A stretch of DNA of 64,000 nucleotides from Kiritimatiellia bacterium. GTDB lineage: Bacteria; Verrucomicrobiota; Kiritimatiellia; RFP12; UBA1067. Position numbers and translations under genes: made by a program. The stretch spans positions 5,656 to 69,655 of the forward strand of contig JAFRSR010000121.1 in NCBI GenBank assembly GCA_017427485.1, written 5' to 3'. A model generated the notes under the pieces. That model was not told the origin of the DNA, made no database searches, and saw only the letters and a list, made by a program, of their open reading frames with translations. Shown in pieces: positions 57,914 to 64,000 of the stretch (its first letter is position 1; the number at the start of each line of letters is the position of its first letter).

Positions 57914-58840
57914 ATGCACATTCCTGTACTTCTCAGGGAAGCGGTTGATTCGCTGGCGGTTCGTCACGGGGGCGTGTACGTCGATGGAACACTGGGGCGT
58001 GCCGGCCACGCGCGGGAGATCATCCTGCGCGGCGGTGCGGGCACGACCCTGGTGGGTGTCGACCGTGACGAGCAGGCTCTTGCGGAGAGCGCCGCGGCCC
58101 TTGAGGGGTTGGCGGGCGCGAAAGTTGTTCTGGTCCACGGATGCCATGGTTCGATCGCGGAGATCGTGCGGGGCGAGGGAATAGGAGAAGTCGATGGGAT
58201 TCTGCTTGATTTGGGCGTGTCGAGTCCTCAACTGGATGAACCCGGTCGCGGGTTCAGCTTCCGGGCGGACGGGCCTCTTGACATGCGGATGGATCGGTCG
58301 CGGGGCGTGACGGCGGCGACGTTGGTCGCAACGCGGTCGGAAGAGGAATTGGCGGGCGTCCTGCGCACGCTGGGCGAGGAGCCGCATGCGCGGCGCATCG
58401 CGCGCGCGATCGTTCAGGCGCGGGCGTCGCGTCCGATCGAGACGACGGGCCAGCTCGCGGAGTTGGTGGAGAGGACGGTGGGCCGCCACGGTCCGCACCA
58501 TCCGGCCACGCGGACGTTTCAGGCGCTTCGCATGGCCGTGAACGACGAGATCGGCGAACTGGAGCGAGCCTTGGACGGCGGCCTCGGCCTCCTGAAGGTC
58601 GGCGGCCGGTTCGCGGTGATCACGTTCGAGAGTCTGACGGACCGGATCGTGAAGCGGTTCTTCGCCGCGCACGTCGGCCGCATGGTTTCGCTCCAACAGG
58701 GCGGGGAGCGGTGGGAGGGGGACCTTCCAAGAGTCCGTCCGGTCACGCGCCACGCGGTGGTCGCGTCGGAGCAGGAGACGGATGTCAACCCAAGGGCGCG
58801 CAGCGCAAAGCTGCGAACGGTAGAAAGGATGGCTGCATGA
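57914..58840 (+). CDS. rsmH: 16S rRNA m4C1402 methyltransferase
   Basis: HIPVLL, DGTLG.AGH, LDLGVSSPQLD..RGFSF..GPLDMRMD, HPATRTFQALR, NPRARSAKLR. Confidence 0.96.
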   Translation: MHIPVLLREAVDSLAVRHGGVYVDGTLGRAGHAREIILRGGAGTTLVGVDRDEQALAESAAALEGLAGAKVVLVHGCHGSIAEIVRGEGIGEVDGILLDLGVSSPQLDEPGRGFSFRADGPLDMRMDRSRGVTAATLVATRSEEELAGVLRTLGEEPHARRIARAIVQARASRPIETTGQLAELVERTVGRHGPHHPATRTFQALRMAVNDEIGELERALDGGLGLLKVGGRFAVITFESLTDRIVKRFFAAHVGRMVSLQQGGERWEGDLPRVRPVTRHAVVASEQETDVNPRARSAKLRTVERMAA

Positions 58841-59274
58841 GGAAAAGAAACAGGAAGATAAACCGGTATTCCAGTTTTACGATCAACACGGCAGGCGTCG
58901 TCGCGCTGCTCGTGACGTTGTTCTCGATGGTGATGGTCTATTGCGTGCTGGGCATGCGGTGTACGTCGATCGCGCAGGAGCTGCAGGAGGCCGAGAAGAG
59001 CTATAAGCAGCTGTCGAAGGAATGCGAGCGCGTGGCGGCTCGCTGGACTGAAATGATGGCGGTGGACCGTTTGCAGGACAAGCTTACCCGCTTCGGGCTT
59101 GAGATGAACCTCCCGCGCCAGGACCAGGTGGTGCGCATGAACGCGGCGGGCCATCCGAAGCCTGGCCAGATTGCCGTTGCACGCGCACGCGAGCGACTGG
59201 CCACGGCCAACATGGCGCAGGTCACGTCGGAGGCGCAGGCCCGGAAAAGATCGCCGCGCGGGAAAATTCGCTAA
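58837..59274 (+). CDS. ftsL: Cell division protein FtsL-like
   Basis: Single TM segment plus coiled coil, positioned between rsmH and ftsI. Confidence 0.6.
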   Translation: MRKRNRKINRYSSFTINTAGVVALLVTLFSMVMVYCVLGMRCTSIAQELQEAEKSYKQLSKECERVAARWTEMMAVDRLQDKLTRFGLEMNLPRQDQVVRMNAAGHPKPGQIAVARARERLATANMAQVTSEAQARKRSPRGKIR

Positions 59275-59288
59275 CGGCGGTCACGAGA

Positions 59289-61112
59289 ATGGCATGGCGT
59301 GGTGAAAAGATTCGATTCTGGATTCCGGTCGCGCTCCTGGGCGTGGGGCTTGTCGGTCTGGTCGTGCGCCTGACCATGTTGCATCTTGGATACGTCGAGA
59401 TCCAGAAGGAACCCACTTACACGTTGATCCGGAACACCATCGCCGTGCGCGGGAGCATCTACTCCTCGACGGGCATCCCGTACGCGCGCACGAAGGTCGT
59501 GTGGGAATATGCGGTTGATCCCAAGGCCGGCAACGAGGATACCGTCCACGCAGGCCGTCCGGTCGACCCCGCCGTCCGGTGGGCGAACATCACCAATCTC
59601 GCCGAGTCGCTGAACCTGCCGCAGGTCAAGGTGATGGACGCCTACGCGGAATGGGCGCGGCGCGGCCGGCGCTACGTGTTCCTTGCGACCAATGAAGACG
59701 AGACCGTACATGCGCGGCTGTCGAAAATCCACGAGCTGAGCGTGTCGGAGAAGATCGTGCGCGTGTACCCGCAGGGACGGAATCTGTCGCAGGTCATCGG
59801 TTTCGTGAGCCGTGACGCCACGAACGCCGTTGGCGTAGCCGGCATCGAACAGCGGTTCGAGCGGCAATTGAGGGGGGTGCCCGGACGCGTGACCGGGCGC
59901 AAGGACGCGCACGGCCGCGAACTTCGCATCCTGCGCGAGTTCACGGCCGAACCCCGCCCCGGCAACGACGTGTACCTGACGGTCGACCACAACATCCAGC
60001 ATGAAGTCGAGCGGATACTGCTGGAGGGGCGCCTCCGCCATCAGGCCGAACGAGTCTGGGCGATCGTCCTTGACGCGAAGACGAGCGCCGTCCTTGCGAT
60101 GGCGACGGCGCCTGACTACGACCCGGGCAATTTCACCGCCTCCACCGGGGCGCTGCGCAAGAACTACGCCGTCGCCCAGGTCTACGATCCCGGCAGCGTG
60201 ATGAAGACGATCACCGCCTGCGCGGCCATCAACGAGGGGATGGTGGGCCCGAACACGGTGATGAGCACGGACCGGTCGGATCCCCGCTACTACCGACTGC
60301 CCACGGATTCGCACAAGATGGACGATTTCATGACCGTGCGCGACGCGCTTGTCCATTCCTGCAACGTCATCTACGGCAAGCTTGGATACGATCTCGGCCC
60401 CCGTCGCCTGAGGTCGTACATGACTGAATTCGGATTCGGGCGCAAGTCGGGCATTGAACTGCCGGGCGAGGAGAAGGGGCTCTTGCCGCCGTTGAACAAG
60501 TGGGACAAGCTCAAGCAGTCGCGCGCGCCCATCGGCCAGGGCGTCTCCGTGACGGCGATTCAGCTGGCGGCCGCATACGCCTGCATCGCGAACGACGGCG
60601 AGCTCCTGCAGCCCTACATCGTCGAGCGCGTCGTGGAGCATGACAAGTCCCCGGATGACGCGGCGGCGGTCATCTACCAGCACGAGCGGCAGGTGGTGGG
60701 GCATCCCATCCGTCCCGATACGGCGCGAAAGGTGCGCGAAATGATGCTGGGCGTGGCGAAGAAGGGCGGCACGGCCCGTCGGGCGGCCGTTGCAGGATAC
60801 ACCGTGGCGGGCAAGACGGGCACTGCCCAGATCGCGCGGCCGGGCGGCGGTTACTACGACGACCAGTTCAACGGCTCCTTCATCGGCATCGTCCCCGCCT
60901 CGCAGCCGCGGGTCGTGATCCTCGTCACCTACCACAAACCTTTCACCTGCCGTCGGCGCGACACCGCCGAGGCGCGCGGAGTGCCGATCTACAACCACCA
61001 GGGCGGCGTCTGCGCCGGTCCCACGTTCAGCGAGATCGCCGCGTTCGTCCTGCGCTACCTCGCCGTGGAGCCGGACGTGCCGGACGAAGTGCCGGAGGAG
61101 GACGACGTATGA
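59289..61112 (+). CDS. ftsI: Class B penicillin-binding protein (PBP3)
   Basis: RGSI, R.YP.G, GIE, PGSVMK (SxxK), SCN (SxN), KTGTAQ. Confidence 0.9.
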   Translation: MAWRGEKIRFWIPVALLGVGLVGLVVRLTMLHLGYVEIQKEPTYTLIRNTIAVRGSIYSSTGIPYARTKVVWEYAVDPKAGNEDTVHAGRPVDPAVRWANITNLAESLNLPQVKVMDAYAEWARRGRRYVFLATNEDETVHARLSKIHELSVSEKIVRVYPQGRNLSQVIGFVSRDATNAVGVAGIEQRFERQLRGVPGRVTGRKDAHGRELRILREFTAEPRPGNDVYLTVDHNIQHEVERILLEGRLRHQAERVWAIVLDAKTSAVLAMATAPDYDPGNFTASTGALRKNYAVAQVYDPGSVMKTITACAAINEGMVGPNTVMSTDRSDPRYYRLPTDSHKMDDFMTVRDALVHSCNVIYGKLGYDLGPRRLRSYMTEFGFGRKSGIELPGEEKGLLPPLNKWDKLKQSRAPIGQGVSVTAIQLAAAYACIANDGELLQPYIVERVVEHDKSPDDAAAVIYQHERQVVGHPIRPDTARKVREMMLGVAKKGGTARRAAVAGYTVAGKTGTAQIARPGGGYYDDQFNGSFIGIVPASQPRVVILVTYHKPFTCRRRDTAEARGVPIYNHQGGVCAGPTFSEIAAFVLRYLAVEPDVPDEVPEEDDV

Positions 61113-62206
61113 ACGTCTACGGCATCACGGGCACAAACGGCAAGACCACCACCACCTGGGTGCTGGCCGAGTTCCTCAAACCCCTCGGGCGCGTCGGGCA
61201 TGTCACGACGGTGGAGGTGGACACGGGGGCGCGAAAATTCTCCACCGGCTACACCACGCCGCCGAACAAGGTCCTTATGGAGATTTTCGCCGAGATGGAG
61301 GCGAACGGCCTCGCGAACTGCGTGATGGAGGTCTCGAGCCACGCCATCCACCAGAACCGCACCGCCGGCACGCGTTTCGCGGGCGGCGCGTTCACGAACC
61401 TCTCAGAGGACCATCTCGACTACCACAAGACGATGGAGGCCTACTTCGCCGCGAAGCGCCTGTTCTTCGAACGCCTGGCCGCCGAGAACCCCGGCGCCCC
61501 CGCCGTGGTGTGCGTGGACGGCGACTGGGGACGCCGCCTCGCGGACGAACTGTCCGCGCTTCCGTTGCGTCTTGTCACATGTGGATTTACCGTCCCGTGC
61601 GATGCGGACTTCGCCGATTTCGTATCCCGGCGAAGTCCGCTCGCGGGACGTTACAACGTCCAGAACGTGCTCGTGGCCGCCGCGCTCGCGCGTGCGGCGG
61701 GCGTCTCCGAGGATGCAATCCGCGCCGCCGTGCCCGCGCTCACGCCACGCTGGGGGCGCCTGGAACGCGTGAAGACGCGCAGCGCCGCCGAGGTGTTCGT
61801 GGACTTCGCCCACACTGACGACGCGCTCGCAAACGTCCTTTCCACCGTCCGCGCCTTCACGAAGGGACGGGTATGGGCCGTGTTCGGCGCAGGAGGGGAC
61901 CGCGACCGCGCGAAGCGTCCGCTCATGGGCGCCGCGGCCGCGCGTCACGCGGACCACCTCGTGGTGACGAGCGACAATCCCCGCAGCGAGCGCCCCGAGG
62001 ACATCATCGCCGAAATCGTCGCCGGCATCCCCGCCGGCACCGACGTGACCGTGGAACCCGACCGCCGTGCTGCCATCCATTTCGCCCTTGCACGCGCCGC
62101 GCAAGGCGATACCGTCGTTGTGTGCGGGAAGGGACACGAAACAACCCAGACGATCGGCACGCGCGTGTTGCCGTTCGACGACAGGATCGTATGCGCAGAA
62201 TACTGA
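61109..62206 (+). CDS. murE: UDP-MurNAc-dipeptide:meso-DAP ligase, lacking the N-terminal domain
   Basis: GITGTNGKTTT, MEVSSH, FTNL..DHLDYH, DFAHT.DA, GAGGDRD..KRP.MG, SDNPRSE, GKGHE. Confidence 0.9.
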   Translation: MNVYGITGTNGKTTTTWVLAEFLKPLGRVGHVTTVEVDTGARKFSTGYTTPPNKVLMEIFAEMEANGLANCVMEVSSHAIHQNRTAGTRFAGGAFTNLSEDHLDYHKTMEAYFAAKRLFFERLAAENPGAPAVVCVDGDWGRRLADELSALPLRLVTCGFTVPCDADFADFVSRRSPLAGRYNVQNVLVAAALARAAGVSEDAIRAAVPALTPRWGRLERVKTRSAAEVFVDFAHTDDALANVLSTVRAFTKGRVWAVFGAGGDRDRAKRPLMGAAAARHADHLVVTSDNPRSERPEDIIAEIVAGIPAGTDVTVEPDRRAAIHFALARAAQGDTVVVCGKGHETTQTIGTRVLPFDDRIVCAEY

Positions 62207-62592
62207 CAGCGCTTATCCTTGCCGCCCTGTGCGGTTGCTGGACGCCTGGCTCCGTCACGGAGGTGCTGCCGAAGCACACGGAGAAATTTCCCGCAGGGTC
62301 TTCGTTTTTCGTGGTGAAGACCGAACGCCGCGTGGAGGCCGCGTTGAAGCGGGCGCTGCGCGCGCGCGGCTTCGAGGTGAAGGAGAGCAAGGACGACGCC
62401 GATCTTGTGATGACGGCGAAGGTGCTGGGATGGGAGTACAACGACGCGGGCTTTAGCGGATTCCATCCCCGCGACGACATGGAACTCGTCATCACCGTGG
62501 CGGACCGCAAGACGAAATTCGTCCGCGCGCGTTCAAACGTATCCGTCAGATCCGACATCCGGATCCTGGAAAAGTACGTCAAGACGCTCTAG
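62191..62592 (+). CDS. Hypothetical lipoprotein
   Basis: MRRILTALILAALCGC lipobox-like signal. Confidence 0.65.
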   Translation: MRRILTALILAALCGCWTPGSVTEVLPKHTEKFPAGSSFFVVKTERRVEAALKRALRARGFEVKESKDDADLVMTAKVLGWEYNDAGFSGFHPRDDMELVITVADRKTKFVRARSNVSVRSDIRILEKYVKTL

Positions 62593-63311
62593 TGCATGTG
62601 GCCGAGGAATTCTTCCTCGGCCTTCTTGATCGCCGCGTGCATGGTCTCCACGTCGGGCGCTTCGCGGAGTTCCTCCAGCAGGGTGGTGCCATGCGCGAGC
62701 AGGCAGAGCCGCGCGAGGATGTGCAGGTGAAGCGCGTGGTCCGTGCAGCAGATGAGGAAGAAGAGGTCGGTGCCCGTGCCGTCCTGCGCGCCGAAGAAGA
62801 CGGGGCGCACGGTGCGCCCGAGCGCGAGGAAGGTCTCCTGGAAGAGATAGGGGTCGTGGTAGCGCGGATGGAGGAAGGCGACGCCCCCGCCGGCCGCCGT
62901 GGAGGCCACCTCCTCGCGCGCCTGCAGTTCGGCGAAGAGCGTCTCGGGATCGTAGAGGAGACCGGTGGAGTCCGCGAAGTCCGTCATGTCGCGCAGCACG
63001 CCGGCGCGCGTCTTGGACGTGAGGTCAGGGACAATGACGGCGGGCGAAAGGAGATCGGCGACGTGGAGGTCGTGTCCGTCCGCCTGGCGCCGCTCGGCCA
63101 TGGCGAGCTGGTGCTCGCCCGTGAGTTGCTTGTCGGAGATCGCCATGAGGCGGCGCTGGGCCCATTCGTCGAGAAGCCGGTGCTCAAAGAAGAAGGCGTC
63201 CCCGCGCCGGACGCTGGGGACTTCCTCTCGCTGCGCGAAGTGCCGAAGGTCGTTGACCTTCATGTGCAGATGGGCGGCAGCGCTTTTCAGATCCATCAAC
63301 TGGTAACCCAT
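62589..63311 (-). CDS. PTS EIIA (PtsN-like) protein with N-terminal HTH
   Basis: Excisionase-type HTH (AAAHLH...E.P..R...F....LDEW), then ARE..ST..G.GVAFLHPR, DLFFL, HLHILARL. Confidence 0.85.
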   Translation of the reverse strand: MGYQLMDLKSAAAHLHMKVNDLRHFAQREEVPSVRRGDAFFFEHRLLDEWAQRRLMAISDKQLTGEHQLAMAERRQADGHDLHVADLLSPAVIVPDLTSKTRAGVLRDMTDFADSTGLLYDPETLFAELQAREEVASTAAGGGVAFLHPRYHDPYLFQETFLALGRTVRPVFFGAQDGTGTDLFFLICCTDHALHLHILARLCLLAHGTTLLEELREAPDVETMHAAIKKAEEEFLGHMH

Positions 63312-63439
63312 GGCGCGTATTCTACCATAAACCACGTCCGCGCGCCAGTCTGCAAACGGCACGAATCATGCACCGACGACTGGCGCGTGGGCGGCGGATG
63401 TGGTAGAATAGGGGCGTTTCGACGAACGAGGTGTATACA

Positions 63440-63814
63440 ATGGACATCATTTCCACAGACCGGGCGCCGCAGGCGCTCGGACCCTACAGCCAGGCCATCC
63501 GCGCCAACGGCTTCATCTTCTGCTCCGGGCAGATTCCCATCGACCCGGCCGCGGGCGCCGTGGTCGCGACGACGGCCGCGGACCAGGCGCGCCAGGCGAT
63601 CACCAACCTCCAGAAGGTTCTGGAGGCGGCGGGCTCGGGCCTCGGCAAGGTCGTGAAGACCACGGTCTTCCTCGGCGACATGAACGACTTCGCCGCCGTC
63701 AACGCCGTCTACGCCGAACTGTTCGGCGACACGAAGCCCGCGCGCAGCTGCGTGCAGGCGGCGCGTCTCCCCAAGGACGTGAAAATCGAAATCGAGGCCA
63801 TTGCACTCGCGTGA
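63440..63814 (+). CDS. ridA: RidA/YjgF family enamine deaminase
   Basis: APQALGPYSQA, SGQIP, VVKTTVFL.DMNDFA.VN.VY, PARS.V...LPK...IEIEAIA. Confidence 0.93.
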   Translation: MDIISTDRAPQALGPYSQAIRANGFIFCSGQIPIDPAAGAVVATTAADQARQAITNLQKVLEAAGSGLGKVVKTTVFLGDMNDFAAVNAVYAELFGDTKPARSCVQAARLPKDVKIEIEAIALA

Positions 63815-64000
63815 ACAGCCGCCGCACAGCCGCCTTCATCGTCGCCCGCTGGCTCGCGACGCATGAGTTCCCGAACGAGCTGCTCCCCAAGGGCGGCCCG
63901 GACCGCGCGTTCGTGCAGGACCTCGTCTACACGACCATACGCCGGTTCCGTCCGCTCCGCGCCGTGCTGGGCGAACTCCTCAAGACGTGGCCGAAGGGCG
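63811..64000 (+). CDS. rsmB: RsmB/Sun 16S rRNA methyltransferase, NusB-like N-terminus (3' partial)
   Basis: GTG overlaps the ridA stop; MNSRRTAAFIV...DRAFVQDLVYTTIR resembles the RsmB N-terminal DRA...ELVYGTLR motif. Confidence 0.65.
   Translation, partial: MNSRRTAAFIVARWLATHEFPNELLPKGGPDRAFVQDLVYTTIRRFRPLRAVLGELLKTWPKG

Overview
A GC-rich bacterial window. The protein styles (N-terminal 'QRYPWNG' domain, autotransporter-type beta repeats ending 'GTMLIFR', HTH-PtsN fusion) suggest a PVC-superphylum organism such as a gut/rumen Kiritimatiellae; this taxonomy is inference. Order: (1) a GH88/105 gene. (2) A ~12 kb block between two 140-bp direct repeats, holding a candidate structured RNA, a diversity-generating retroelement (DGR), a type II toxin-antitoxin pair and a 2763-aa surface protein. 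The DGR has a CLec-type target and an RT fused in frame to a MutS-N-like accessory domain; no template repeat was found in the window. (3) A large putative glycosidase. (4) A recC-recB-recD + AAA/nuclease block bracketed by a duplicated 3' end of the neighbouring patatin gene. (5) Secreted and carbohydrate-processing genes. (6) A GxxExxY gene inside 33-bp inverted repeats. (7) ilvC, a permease, a short mraZ-rsmH-ftsL-ftsI-murE cluster, ptsN-like, ridA and the start of rsmB. GTAG/GGAG-type REP palindromes occur between genes and also in frame inside at least six proteins, including three signal peptides. All family calls come from motif recognition by eye; no database search was run.
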